From positions 124,001-188,000 of the IMG/VR virus record IMGVR_UViG_3300009177_000028: a stretch of 64,000 bases of DNA. One strand, 5' to 3'. This document shows, piece after piece, positions 38,640 to 47,156 of the stretch (within the stretch, counting starts at the first letter, position 1; each line of letters starts with the position of its first letter). Under the pieces are notes generated by a model, which was not told where the DNA came from, did no database searches, and worked only from the letters and a program-made list of their open reading frames with translations. Made by a program: the position numbers and the translations under genes.

Positions 38640-38861
38640 GTGTTCCATACTCAGCCCAAGACCTACAAGAAGGTCTCTCTCCTCCACAAGAACTACTTCG
38701 ACCTACTCTGCGGCTCCAATGGCTACAGTAGGGAAGAGTACGACATCTGCGAGAAGGAAGACAATCTGGGGTTTCCTGTCTACACCGTGGACGTGTGGTC
38801 GCAAAGGTGCGACGACATGATGCAACGTGTGTTCAGCGAAGCCAACGGCTACAAGCGCTGA
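38640..38861 (+). CDS. Early hypothetical protein
   Basis: GGAGG RBS; GTG start. Confidence 0.6.
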   Translation: MFHTQPKTYKKVSLLHKNYFDLLCGSNGYSREEYDICEKEDNLGFPVYTVDVWSQRCDDMMQRVFSEANGYKR

Positions 38862-38865
38862 TCTA

Positions 38866-38908
38866 CCTACACCATGCTCCCGAGGGTTACTTCGGGGGCA
38901 TGAGTAGG
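38866..38908 (+). repeat. Conserved intergenic stem-loop copy 2
   Basis: CCTAC-ACC-ATGCTCCCGAG...TTCGGGGGCAT-GA-GTAGG. Confidence 0.8.
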
Positions 38909-38920
38909 AGGACCAGACAC

Positions 38921-39319
38921 ATGTACAAGTACGACGGACACTCCTTCAACATGTGCGAGGAGTGGTCGCAATGCCCACAACATCGAACGGAGACCCACAT
39001 GAAGGACAAGCTCGCTCAAGCGCCCGACCAGGTGCGACAGTTCGTACACGCTCTCATCTCCAACGCCAAAGAGGTGGAAGGGTGGGAAGTGTGCGACATG
39101 GAGGATGGCAAGTGCTTCGCTGACACCATAGCCCACATCGAGCACAAGGAAGACGGAAGGTGGGTGGTGTGCGACAACTACGAACGGTTCTTCTCTCTCA
39201 TCTACACCTACACGGTGGCAGGCGAGTGGACCGTGCGCCGCATGTATGGCGAAGGTGGGGAGATGCCCTACAGCTTCGCCAAGTGTATGGCGGATGCCTC
39301 CATCATGTTCACTGGCTGA
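38921..39319 (+). CDS. Early hypothetical protein
   Basis: AGGAGG RBS before ATG 38921. Confidence 0.7.
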   Translation: MYKYDGHSFNMCEEWSQCPQHRTETHMKDKLAQAPDQVRQFVHALISNAKEVEGWEVCDMEDGKCFADTIAHIEHKEDGRWVVCDNYERFFSLIYTYTVAGEWTVRRMYGEGGEMPYSFAKCMADASIMFTG

Positions 39320-39323
39320 TCCA

Positions 39324-39365
39324 CCTACGTCATGCCCTCATGTGTGTACATGGGGGCATTGGTAG
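39324..39365 (+). repeat. Conserved intergenic stem-loop copy 3
   Basis: CTAC-GTC-ATGCCCTCATGT...ACATGGGGGCAT-TG-GTAG. Confidence 0.75.
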
Positions 39366-39406
39366 TGGGATTAGGCTCACTAACACCAAACAAGGGAGAA
39401 TGTAAG

Positions 39407-39586
39407 ATGATCAAGTTCATTGTGGTTGTTCTGGCGTGCATCGGGGCATTCTTCGGTCTGGCGATTCTGTCGGGTCATGTCCCCCAGATCTCCCACACCG
39501 CCTTCAACATCAGCACCTTTCAGGTCACGTGGTTGATGCTGGGCGTGTGTGCGACCGGGTTCGTCTCCTACAAGGTGTGCAAGTAA
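39407..39586 (+). CDS. Small two-TM membrane protein, paralog of 54455..54640
   Basis: MIKF...H.P....AF....WL.LG.C...F.SYK..K. Confidence 0.7.
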   Translation: MIKFIVVVLACIGAFFGLAILSGHVPQISHTAFNISTFQVTWLMLGVCATGFVSYKVCK

Positions 39587-39640
39587 AGGGTGCTGTAAGC
39601 GCCTAACGTACACATAACGTTACTCCAATCGAGGAAAACA

Positions 39641-39684
39641 GCGGCATATAGGCGCCTAGGTGGGTTCGACTCCCACATGCCGCC
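39641..39684 (+). ncRNA. tRNA-like minihelix (acceptor stem plus T-arm only)
   Basis: GCGGCAT/ATGCCGC 7-bp stem; GTGGG-TTCGACT-CCCAC T-arm; only 12 nt where the D and anticodon arms should be. Confidence 0.45.
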
Positions 39685-39711
39685 CTAAGTCATACATCAG
39701 CGGAGGATGTC

Positions 39712-39918
39712 ATGGTCAAGGTTACCAAGTGCCCCAATGTGGGTGATGCGGTCAAGATCGTCAAAGGCAAGAGGTCGGGTGATGTAGGCATCATCAAGCG
39801 ATGTGCCTCGGTGTGGGGAGAGGACCGACTCAAGTGGTCGTCCTTCCTACTCGACATCAATGGTGAGGAAGTGTGGGTGCGTACGCACCATGTGGAGAAA
39901 CTGGAGAACGCGGCCTGA
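39712..39918 (+). CDS. KOW/SH3-like small protein, ends -NAA
   Basis: VGDAVKIVKGKRSGDVGII is KOW-like; GGAGG RBS. Confidence 0.6.
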   Translation: MVKVTKCPNVGDAVKIVKGKRSGDVGIIKRCASVWGEDRLKWSSFLLDINGEEVWVRTHHVEKLENAA

Positions 39919-39921
39919 CAC

Positions 39922-39961
39922 CCACACCCTGCTCCTAAGTAATCCTTGGGGGCAGAAGTGG
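39922..39961 (+). repeat. Conserved intergenic stem-loop copy 4 (covarying CCAC/GTGG)
   Basis: CCAC-ACC-CTGCTCCTAAG...CTTGGGGGCAG-AA-GTGG. Confidence 0.8.
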
Positions 39962-39982
39962 TTGGCACGCTTGCATATAGCA
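39961..39982 (+). promoter_or_regulatory. 22-bp motif copy
   Basis: GTTGGCACGCTTGCATATAGCA. Confidence 0.7.
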
Positions 39983-40007
39983 CAACGTATGCCAAAGGAG
40001 GATTCCC

Positions 40008-40532
40008 ATGAAGATCAAGAGCCAGCGCACCACGACCTACACCGAGACCTACTCCCTCACCTTCGAGTACATCGGCTCCAATGGGAGCGGGTGTGCGTTC
40101 GACTGCGACAAGGAGGGAAAGGTCGACCTGACCAAGCTGCACCCGTGTGCGATTCTGACCTACACCGAAGCCAAGTTCGGACAGGTCACCCGACGTGAGA
40201 ACGTGCAGTACCGTGTGGGTGCAGATGGGGAATACGAGCCCATCCCCGGCACGGGTGAGATGGTCACCCGAGAGGTGAGCAAGGGTGAGGTCATCACCTA
40301 CATCAACCGCCAGATCGTTCCTGCGGTGGGAGAGTGTGATTGTTGTGGGAGGGATGTCCACCTCTACGGTTTCACCAACACATGTGAGTGTGGGGCCGAC
40401 TACAACATGTCGGGTCAGATGCTCGCTCCTCGTGAACAGTGGGGAGAGGAGACAGGTGAGACAGCCGCCGACATCCTCTCCTTCGACTCCTACGATCGGG
40501 AGCCCATGGGCACCGATGAAGGATGGTTCTGA
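40008..40532 (+). CDS. Early hypothetical protein with Cys clusters
   Basis: AGGAGG RBS; CDCC and CECG. Confidence 0.75.
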   Translation: MKIKSQRTTTYTETYSLTFEYIGSNGSGCAFDCDKEGKVDLTKLHPCAILTYTEAKFGQVTRRENVQYRVGADGEYEPIPGTGEMVTREVSKGEVITYINRQIVPAVGECDCCGRDVHLYGFTNTCECGADYNMSGQMLAPREQWGEETGETAADILSFDSYDREPMGTDEGWF

Positions 40533-40548
40533 CAAAGTAGGAGTGCCG

Positions 40549-40590
40549 CCTACACCCTGCCTTCATGTGCAAGCATGAGGGTAGAAGTAG
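40549..40590 (+). repeat. Conserved intergenic stem-loop copy 5
   Basis: CTAC-ACC-CTGCCTTCATG...CATGAGGGTAG-AA-GTAG. Confidence 0.8.
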
Positions 40591-40611
40591 TTGGCATGCT
40601 TGCATGTAGCA
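40590..40611 (+). promoter_or_regulatory. 22-bp motif copy
   Basis: GTTGGCATGCTTGCATGTAGCA. Confidence 0.7.
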
Positions 40612-40656
40612 GATTGTATGCCAATCGACCCCAAACACCCAAGGTAGGAGAGTGTC

Positions 40657-41217
40657 ATGAACTTCACGACCAAACCGGATACGTTCGTTCTCGTGGTGGC
40701 GGCCCTGTCGGATAAGCTGGTCCAGAAGGAGAACGAGTGTGTGGAGCTGCGAGACCACATCGCCTCCGACCATGCCAGCATGGACGACATGCAGCGCACC
40801 ATCACCGACCTGCGGGTCCAGTGTGAGCGACTGCAAGACAAGGCGGATGATGTGGACTACTTCCGCACTCGCTATCAGGACATGTCCCACAAGCTGGAGA
40901 ACTACGAACACCTCCGCTCACAGAATGCCGAACTGTGGGAGCAGGTGCGAGTCCTGAAGATGGAGAACCACAAGCTCCGCTACGGTGGGCAGACTCCCGA
41001 GGAGACGGCCAACAACTACATGCTCTCCCAGGGGAGGCAGGTGTGGGAGCGTGGCAACAAGATTCAGTGCATCAAGGAGGTGCGAGAGGTGAGTGGATGG
41101 GGGCTGAAGGAAACCAAGGATTGGTGCGAAGCCTACATCGCCCGCCTGGATAACGAAAAGGAGGAGAGCGGCCCCGGTACCAAGCGCTCCTCCGGCAACG
41201 TAGCCAAAACTGGCTGA
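40657..41217 (+). CDS. Coiled-coil protein with ribosomal L7/L12 C-terminal-like domain
   Basis: GNKIQCIKEVREVSGWGLKETKDWCE resembles the bL12 CTD pattern K+.VIK.VR..TGLGLKEAKDLVE. Confidence 0.65.
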   Translation: MNFTTKPDTFVLVVAALSDKLVQKENECVELRDHIASDHASMDDMQRTITDLRVQCERLQDKADDVDYFRTRYQDMSHKLENYEHLRSQNAELWEQVRVLKMENHKLRYGGQTPEETANNYMLSQGRQVWERGNKIQCIKEVREVSGWGLKETKDWCEAYIARLDNEKEESGPGTKRSSGNVAKTG

Positions 41218-41221
41218 CGCA

Positions 41222-41263
41222 CCTACACCCTGCCTCTATGTGTGAACATGGGGGCAGGAGTAG
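41222..41263 (+). repeat. Conserved intergenic stem-loop copy 6
   Basis: CTAC-ACC-CTGCCTCTATG...CATGGGGGCAG-GA-GTAG. Confidence 0.8.
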
Positions 41264-41298
41264 CTGATTCAGACACAACACATGAAAGGAGAGAGGTC

Positions 41299-41424
41299 AT
41301 GAAGGTTCACAAGTCGCAGCGTGTGTTCCAAGAGGAGAAGAAGTATCCGGGTGTGGGTGCCCTCATCTGCGTCGGCTCTGGTCTCCTCTTTTGGGGGAGC
41401 TTGGCCTACCTCTTCGTTCACTGA
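41299..41424 (+). CDS. Small single-TM protein
   Basis: GAGG RBS; C-terminal hydrophobic helix. Confidence 0.5.
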   Translation: MKVHKSQRVFQEEKKYPGVGALICVGSGLLFWGSLAYLFVH

Positions 41425-41444
41425 GGGAGTAGTGGGTCCAAGGG

Positions 41445-41466
41445 GTTGGCATGCTTGCATAGTGCA
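41445..41466 (+). promoter_or_regulatory. 22-bp motif copy
   Basis: GTTGGCATGCTTGCATAGTGCA. Confidence 0.7.
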
Positions 41467-41624
41467 ACATCCATGCCACAGCAGGCATGTCGCCCCTACA
41501 CCTACCTCAGAATACCTTCACCTATAATTCTTGTTGCACCTAACTTGAAACGTGCTAACTTATAATCTCGCCATTCTCGCAAGCCAAGGCCAAAACCTAC
41601 ATCGGCCCCATTAGGAGATAAGTC

Positions 41625-42518
41625 ATGAACGTGTATGAGATTGTCACCGAACGGATCATTGCAGCCCTGGAAAAGGGTGTCGTACCTTGGCGCATGCCCT
41701 GGCGTACCCAAGGTGGGAGCGGTCTCCCCAAGAACCTACAGAGTGGGAAGGAGTACCGAGGTGTCAACATCTTCCTACTGGGTGCGCAGGGGTACGCCTC
41801 TCCCTGGTGGGTTACCTACAAGCAGTGTACGGCCCGAGGTGGGCAGGTGCGCAAAGGTGAGAAGGGCACCCCGGTCATCTTCTGGAAGGTAGGAGATCAT
41901 AAGACCAAGGTGGGCAAGAGTGGGAAACCGGAGAAGATGTTTATCCTCCGGTACTACACTGTCTTCAATGTCGCCCAGTGTGATGGGCTGGACTACCCCA
42001 AGGAGGCGGTGGTGGAAGCTCCCACCTTCGACCCCATCGAGCAATGCGAGAAGATCGTTCTCGCCTACAAGACCCTACCCAAGATTGAGCACGGAGGTGG
42101 GCGAGCCTGCTACTCCCCCTCCTTCGACAAGGTGATGATGCCGGAAAAGGAGAGCTTTGGTAAGAGGGAGGAATACTACTCCACACTCTTCCACGAGCTT
42201 ACCCACAGCACCGGACATGAGAGCAGGTTGAACCGGGATGGGATCATGAATCCCATTCGGTTTGCCTCACATGACTACAGCTTTGAGGAGCTGGTAGCAG
42301 AATGTGGGGCGGCCTTTCTCTGCGCACATGCGGGTATCTTGGATACCACGCTGGACAACTCGGCCGCCTACATCTCCCACTGGGTGAGCAAGCTGAAGAG
42401 TGAGCCAAGGTGGATTGTGGAAGCCTCAAGTAAGGCAGCTAAGGCGGCTGACTACATCATGGGAGACCTGGTCAAAAAGGAGTCAGAGTCGGAGGAGTCA
42501 AGCGAGGAAGCCGCTTGA
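41625..42518 (+). CDS. ardC: ArdC-like antirestriction protein (ssDNA-binding domain plus zincin-like domain)
   Basis: YEIVTERIIAALEKGVVPWRMPW; Y.G.N; W.TYKQ....GGQVRKGEKG; YTVFNVAQ; YYSTLFHELTHSTGH; EELVAE..AAFL. Confidence 0.9.
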   Translation: MNVYEIVTERIIAALEKGVVPWRMPWRTQGGSGLPKNLQSGKEYRGVNIFLLGAQGYASPWWVTYKQCTARGGQVRKGEKGTPVIFWKVGDHKTKVGKSGKPEKMFILRYYTVFNVAQCDGLDYPKEAVVEAPTFDPIEQCEKIVLAYKTLPKIEHGGGRACYSPSFDKVMMPEKESFGKREEYYSTLFHELTHSTGHESRLNRDGIMNPIRFASHDYSFEELVAECGAAFLCAHAGILDTTLDNSAAYISHWVSKLKSEPRWIVEASSKAAKAADYIMGDLVKKESESEESSEEAA

Positions 42519-42605
42519 ACCGACATGTCAGGGACTGGGCTGGCCTACTCGGCTGGCTCAGTCTATTATCCTACATCCTCACACACAAGCCCTGAAAGGA
42601 CGACC

Positions 42606-43025
42606 ATGAACGACAAGAGACCCTGGAATGAGGGAGGGGAGGAGAAGCCATATAGTGTCTCACTGTGGATACAGGATCCCTCCGACATGAGTGACAATGA
42701 CACATGTATGGCCGGGGAAGACTTCGCCACCGAAAAGGAAGCGCGAATGTGTCTGGCCGACATGAACGCACACTTCAATGACAGGTTCTACAAGGACGTA
42801 CCTTATGTCCTGTTGGACGGCCCGAACGACCTACACGAGGTGACAGTGCGCACCCAAGCCCTCAAGCGGATGCAACGTGAGAGGGAGTGCGAGGACAGGG
42901 CGGCAAGGTCGGAGATGGCCATGCAAGCTGGGATGGGTATGGGCATTCATGCCTACAACGACATGATGGGATACGACTCTGAAGAGTACGACCCTGACCT
43001 ACACGGATACCTGCACGAAGACTGA
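42606..43025 (+). CDS. Early hypothetical protein
   Basis: GAAAGGA RBS before ATG 42606. Confidence 0.7.
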   Translation: MNDKRPWNEGGEEKPYSVSLWIQDPSDMSDNDTCMAGEDFATEKEARMCLADMNAHFNDRFYKDVPYVLLDGPNDLHEVTVRTQALKRMQRERECEDRAARSEMAMQAGMGMGIHAYNDMMGYDSEEYDPDLHGYLHED

Positions 43026-43054
43026 GCAACCACAACAACCCGAAAGGTACGACC

Positions 43055-43273
43055 ATGAGCGACAACAACGGCAACAAGAGCGAAGGTAGCATCAAGACCG
43101 ACAAGCGGAAGCAGTCTCTCTACTTTCCGGAGAGCATGCTCCAAGAGATCAAGGAGGAGGCGGCTCGGCTGGATCGTAGTCTGTCGTGGGTGGTTCAGCG
43201 TGCATGGAAGCTGGCACGCACCGAAGTCAAGAATCTGCCCAGCGTCTCCGACATCGAGACGGAGGACGAGTAA
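43055..43273 (+). CDS. MXAN_4361/MXAN_4362-family small protein (myxobacterial)
   Basis: DKRKQSLYFPESMLQEIKEEAARLDRSLSWVVQRAWKLAR matches my recollection of this family (TIGR04563); no search run. Confidence 0.8.
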   Translation: MSDNNGNKSEGSIKTDKRKQSLYFPESMLQEIKEEAARLDRSLSWVVQRAWKLARTEVKNLPSVSDIETEDE

Positions 43274-43281
43274 TCGTACCA

Positions 43282-43323
43282 CCTACACCCTGCCCATTAG
43301 TGAGAGCTAGTGGGCAGGAGTAG
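43282..43323 (+). repeat. Conserved intergenic stem-loop copy 7
   Basis: CTAC-ACC-CTGCCCATTAG...CTAGTGGGCAG-GA-GTAG. Confidence 0.8.
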
Positions 43324-43344
43324 TTGGCATGCTTGCATGTTGCA
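43323..43344 (+). promoter_or_regulatory. 22-bp motif copy
   Basis: GTTGGCATGCTTGCATGTTGCA. Confidence 0.7.
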
Positions 43345-43392
43345 CATCTCATGCCACGGGGCGCCAGGCCCACACTCACCCACAATTCAGCG

Positions 43393-43408
43393 TGGCACAT
43401 GACTTGCA
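43393..43408 (+). promoter_or_regulatory. Candidate sigma54 promoter
   Basis: TGGCACA-tgac-TTGCA is a near-perfect -24/-12 consensus. Confidence 0.55.
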
Positions 43409-43466
43409 TGTAATTGCATGGTCAATCAAAAGTGCTACAATTGATCAAAAGGAAAAGGAGGTTATC

Positions 43467-43700
43467 ATGTTTGGTATGAACAAGGCGCACATTGACACCG
43501 TCTATCAGCGAGAGGACGACATGTCCGACCTGATGCGCCGATGTCGGATGGCCCTCGACATGGGAGCCTCCAAGGAAGAAGTTCACGACATCTGCATCCA
43601 AGCGGGTCAAAGTGAGGAACAAGCCTACTTGACCTACATCGCAGCCAAGCTGCTCACACGTGACGAAGCGTGCGAGACTGGCGCCCGAAAGGTGGCCTGA
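43467..43700 (+). CDS. Early hypothetical protein, ends -KVA
   Basis: AGGAGG RBS before ATG 43467. Confidence 0.65.
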   Translation: MFGMNKAHIDTVYQREDDMSDLMRRCRMALDMGASKEEVHDICIQAGQSEEQAYLTYIAAKLLTRDEACETGARKVA

Positions 43701-43701
43701 C

Positions 43702-44178
43702 ATGTACTCCAAAGAGATCAAAGGTAGTTGGTTCGGCGTGACCATTCCCGAATGGTTGCGAGCCTTCGACTGTCGGTCCAGCGAGGACGATATCGCACCT
43801 CGTACTCCCTGGGGCTCCTATCTCTGGTCAAGTGAGAGAGCTGCCGTGGACCTGGGCCTGCGTGCGGAAGGTGTCTACAACGACACTACGCCCGTGGGCT
43901 GCTCCACCTACATCGATGCTCGTACGGCTCCTGAGTCGGAGTTGAAACGACAGGTGGAGAATATGGTGGCAGAGGCGACCAGACTTCGGGAGGAGTACCT
44001 AGAAGGGAAGAAGTTTCCCGATACTGAGGGACAAGGTGGGAGTTGTCTCTACATGCCGGTGGCTGTCTGCCTGAGTAACTTCGGGTGGTCGGTCCTGGCA
44101 GATCGGACCCAAGGAATCGTTCGCCGGTTTGGCTACAATGCCACACCCAAACGTACCAAGAAAGGAAGTGTGCGATGA
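43702..44178 (+). CDS. Early hypothetical protein
   Basis: ATG follows the previous stop; operon packing. Confidence 0.65.
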   Translation: MYSKEIKGSWFGVTIPEWLRAFDCRSSEDDIAPRTPWGSYLWSSERAAVDLGLRAEGVYNDTTPVGCSTYIDARTAPESELKRQVENMVAEATRLREEYLEGKKFPDTEGQGGSCLYMPVAVCLSNFGWSVLADRTQGIVRRFGYNATPKRTKKGSVR

Positions 44179-44777
44179 GCAAGTACAAGGGTGACGGGGC
44201 GTTGGAGCAGATCAACCCCGAGCGACTTACCTTGGGGTGTGTGGTGCGCATGCCCTACGGAAGTGGGGAAGTGCCTGCCTTTGGTGACAGTGTCATCATC
44301 GGTATCCACGTCTCCTACTCTTCCAAGCGAACGAGTAAGGAGCGGTGCGATAAGCGCCACTACGAGACTCTCGCACAAGCTCTTACCCAAGCGCAGGATG
44401 GCGACTTCGTGGTGGTGAGTCTGGCTCGCCCCTACGTGTACGCCAACAACCCCTTCGTCTCTACACCGGGCTGGCTGGTCGGGTGCGAGAAGTACGAGGT
44501 GATGGGAGACCGCATCATCGACACCCACAAGGTGGTGGTTCAGAGCACGGGTGAGTATGCCACCTACAACATCAAACCTGCGCTCCATTCGTGGGAGGTG
44601 GTGGTTGGCAACATCGGGAGCGTCTATCGCGACTTGTCGGAGAGCGCGGCCCGAGCCACCTACAAGGTGTACGTAGAGAACAGCAAGTGGCAGGGTGGAC
44701 GTGCCAGTGGGGAAAGCGTCACTCTCTTCTGCGATGGTGAGATTGTGGAGGAGCATGTGGGGACGGTGGAAGGATGA
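44175..44777 (+). CDS. Early hypothetical protein
   Basis: ATGA overlap; AGGA RBS. Confidence 0.7.
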   Translation: MSKYKGDGALEQINPERLTLGCVVRMPYGSGEVPAFGDSVIIGIHVSYSSKRTSKERCDKRHYETLAQALTQAQDGDFVVVSLARPYVYANNPFVSTPGWLVGCEKYEVMGDRIIDTHKVVVQSTGEYATYNIKPALHSWEVVVGNIGSVYRDLSESAARATYKVYVENSKWQGGRASGESVTLFCDGEIVEEHVGTVEG

Positions 44778-45016
44778 TTACATACCTCGACCCCAAACAA
44801 GTCATTGCCAAGCGCCAGACCACTCCTCCCCACAACCGGAGTCGCAGTGGGTATGGCAACAAGCTGCCTACATCCTGGGAGCTTCAACTACAGGACAAGC
44901 GGTGGAGGCGGGTGTACGTGATTCAGTGGAGCAACGCTGGATCCGCCTACATCCTGGTCAAAGGTGAGAAGTTGTTCCTGGGTTCCTACGAACCCTCCTA
45001 TGAAGGGAAGGTGTGA
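44774..45016 (+). CDS. Small phage hypothetical protein (GYG.KLPT...WRRVY)
   Basis: ATGA overlap. Confidence 0.65.
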   Translation: MITYLDPKQVIAKRQTTPPHNRSRSGYGNKLPTSWELQLQDKRWRRVYVIQWSNAGSAYILVKGEKLFLGSYEPSYEGKV

Positions 45017-45017
45017 G

Positions 45018-45398
45018 ATGGGCTGGGATAAAGCATGCGGAGATGAGCAGTGTGAGGGATGTGACGCCACCCTGGAGGAAGGGGAGGACATGTATGTCCA
45101 AGGGGACAGCGTGTACTGCGAAGGGTGCAACGAGGACCGCTTGGATGACGAAGCGGGTGAATGGGATGAATTGGACTACATGGACCGTGAAGGTGACTAT
45201 CCCATCGATGGGGTAGGATTCGCGGACCCTGGTGGTCACTCGGCCCTACGTGCAGCTACACCCAACAACCCAAGGGACTGCGATTGTCCTACCTGTGGGG
45301 CGGAGGACGTTCTGACCCGCATCGACCGTCAACGTGGGTATCAGTGCGACAGGTGCGCTGATCGGGCGGAAGGTCGGAGCGGGTACGGAGACTACTGA
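45018..45398 (+). CDS. Cys-rich hypothetical protein (several CxxC)
   Basis: CEGC, CEGC, CPTC, CDRC. Confidence 0.7.
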   Translation: MGWDKACGDEQCEGCDATLEEGEDMYVQGDSVYCEGCNEDRLDDEAGEWDELDYMDREGDYPIDGVGFADPGGHSALRAATPNNPRDCDCPTCGAEDVLTRIDRQRGYQCDRCADRAEGRSGYGDY

Positions 45399-45399
45399 C

Positions 45400-45717
45400 A
45401 TGAAGACACTGGTGCTGGTGGAGGATGATCTGATGCTTGCTAGCACCTTCATTCGGGTGTTGGGCAAAACTCACAACATCCTCCACTTCCTGACAGTCAA
45501 GGATGCCAGAGCACATCTGGCCTTGAATCCCACACCTGATGTCCTCCTCCTGGATCGTCAGGTGGGGTATGACAATGGGTGGGCGTTGCGGGAGGAGGTG
45601 GGTACGGGTGTCAGGGTGGTCCTGATGACGGGCGCTCCTCCCCAAGGCAATTCACTTACCTTCTTCCACAAGGGAGTAGATAACATACAAAAACTTATCA
45701 GTATGGTAGAAGGCTAA
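45400..45717 (+). CDS. Orphan receiver domain 1
   Basis: LVLVEDD; VLLLD; LMTG; HKG. Confidence 0.8.
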   Translation: MKTLVLVEDDLMLASTFIRVLGKTHNILHFLTVKDARAHLALNPTPDVLLLDRQVGYDNGWALREEVGTGVRVVLMTGAPPQGNSLTFFHKGVDNIQKLISMVEG

Positions 45718-45721
45718 ACTT

Positions 45722-45764
45722 CCTACACCCTGCCTATTAGAATTATCTAGTGGGCAGAAGTAGG
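45722..45764 (+). repeat. Conserved intergenic stem-loop copy 8
   Basis: CCTAC-ACC-CTGCCTATTAG...CTAGTGGGCAG-AA-GTAGG. Confidence 0.8.
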
Positions 45765-45808
45765 GGGATTCATCCTGAATCTTCTGAGACAAGGAAAGAG
45801 GAGAGCGC

Positions 45809-46363
45809 ATGAATAAGTTGGTGTATGCGGTAGTGGTTGCCTTGGCAGCGGTGGTGGGATGTGCAGCTCCGGTGGGAGACAAGTCGGAGCAGGTGGGACA
45901 GGTCAGTCAGGCGCTGGTTACCTTCGACCCTGCGACAGGGACGGGGTTTGTGGGGAAAGGTGATATCCAGCTTCCCTTCGGGTGGAACAATGCCACCTTG
46001 CAGGCCAATGCAAGTTCGCTCACCTTCACCTACCAGAGCAGCGCCACCTACGAGGCGGTGTGCGAGTGGACCACCGGTGAAGGGACTCGTGGTCAACGGA
46101 CCCACGATGTCACACACACCAAGACCAGTGTGGTCAACGACACCATCTCCTACGATGCTCGCACCCACAAGCAGGTGGACGGATTCTTCCTGACAGGGTA
46201 CGGCAGTGTGACCGAAGGTGGGGAACCTGTTCCCGAGGTAGGAGGACCCTGCCCTGGCAACCCTGGAACGGATGGGGTGTGGGTCAGTGTGGTCCTGCTC
46301 AACTCCACGGGTGGGGGCTTGTGGGTGACCAACGCAGCGGGTGGGACGGCTCAGCTTCTGTAG
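45809..46363 (+). CDS. Lipoprotein
   Basis: MNKLVYAVVVALAAVVGC lipobox, then EQVGQVSQAL linker. Confidence 0.75.
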   Translation: MNKLVYAVVVALAAVVGCAAPVGDKSEQVGQVSQALVTFDPATGTGFVGKGDIQLPFGWNNATLQANASSLTFTYQSSATYEAVCEWTTGEGTRGQRTHDVTHTKTSVVNDTISYDARTHKQVDGFFLTGYGSVTEGGEPVPEVGGPCPGNPGTDGVWVSVVLLNSTGGGLWVTNAAGGTAQLL

Positions 46364-46372
46364 AGATACTTT

Positions 46373-46444
46373 CTACATCCTGCCGATTATTCGTCTGGCT
46401 GATAAACTCGGTTTATTCGTCTGGCAGATAGTCGGCAGTAGTAG
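46373..46444 (+). repeat. Conserved intergenic stem-loop copy 9 (extended apex)
   Basis: CTAC-ATC-CTGCCGATTAT...ATAGTCGGCAG-TA-GTAG; apex holds ttattcgtctggc twice. Confidence 0.75.
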
Positions 46445-46691
46445 GAGGTGTGTCATGTAATCGGCTAACTAACTTGTTTACCCGATAGTGTGGGAAACCC
46501 TGAGAGTGTGTCGCGACATTCAAGACATGGTGTATTGAATGGGCGCATGTGAGAATCCACGATACCCCAAGAGCTTTTGACGACAATGTAGTTCTAAGTC
46601 TTCTATTACTCGCCTATAACCGAAACCTGCCGAAAGGGTGGGGAGTAGGTTATGGGCGCACATAGAGGGATTAGAAAGGAAAGGCAAGACC

Positions 46692-47156
46692 ATGCACGAC
46701 ATCAACGGCAAACCACTTCACATCGGCTCGGACATCTACTCTTCCCTACATGGACTCTGCAAGATCGTCGGTGTGCGAGAGGAGCACAATCCCGACCAGG
46801 GAGGAGCTTGCATCGAGGTAAACTCCTACACTCGGGGTGGAGGTATCATCCTTCGCACTCACGAGCACAAGGTGACCAAGGTGCGTACTTGGAAGGAGAT
46901 GGCGGATGAATCCCTACGGGTGCAGGATGCCTGCAACCTGTCGGGAGTGGTCCACGCTTTCTCTACCATCATCACCGAGGTGCGCACACGGTTGGACAGT
47001 GAGGGCCAGGGTGGGACGGACAACGTCAACAACCATCCTGTCTGTCGTCTCTTCTCCGACAAGATTGCTTCCCTGACGGGTACGCAATTCTGCAACGATG
47101 ACGCACACCAAAACTTCTCCGATGCCTACAAGTGGGCACACGAGCAGAGCAAGTGA
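46692..47156 (+). CDS. Early hypothetical protein
   Basis: GAAAGG RBS. Confidence 0.7.
   Translation: MHDINGKPLHIGSDIYSSLHGLCKIVGVREEHNPDQGGACIEVNSYTRGGGIILRTHEHKVTKVRTWKEMADESLRVQDACNLSGVVHAFSTIITEVRTRLDSEGQGGTDNVNNHPVCRLFSDKIASLTGTQFCNDDAHQNFSDAYKWAHEQSK

Noticed and set aside
39588-39688. Complete tRNA-Tyr gene
   Set aside because: No D-arm, the anticodon-like loop lies upstream of the acceptor stem, and there is no CCA.
39690-40535. 281-aa minus-strand ORF, and similar shadow ORFs such as 56247..56996, 44133..44756 and 38126..38731
   Set aside because: Antisense or frame-shifted shadows of RBS-bearing plus-strand genes in GC-rich DNA; no motifs.
41405-41432. Eleventh stem-loop copy
   Set aside because: CTAC...GTAG is present but the CTGCC/GGCAG stem is missing and it overlaps a coding end.
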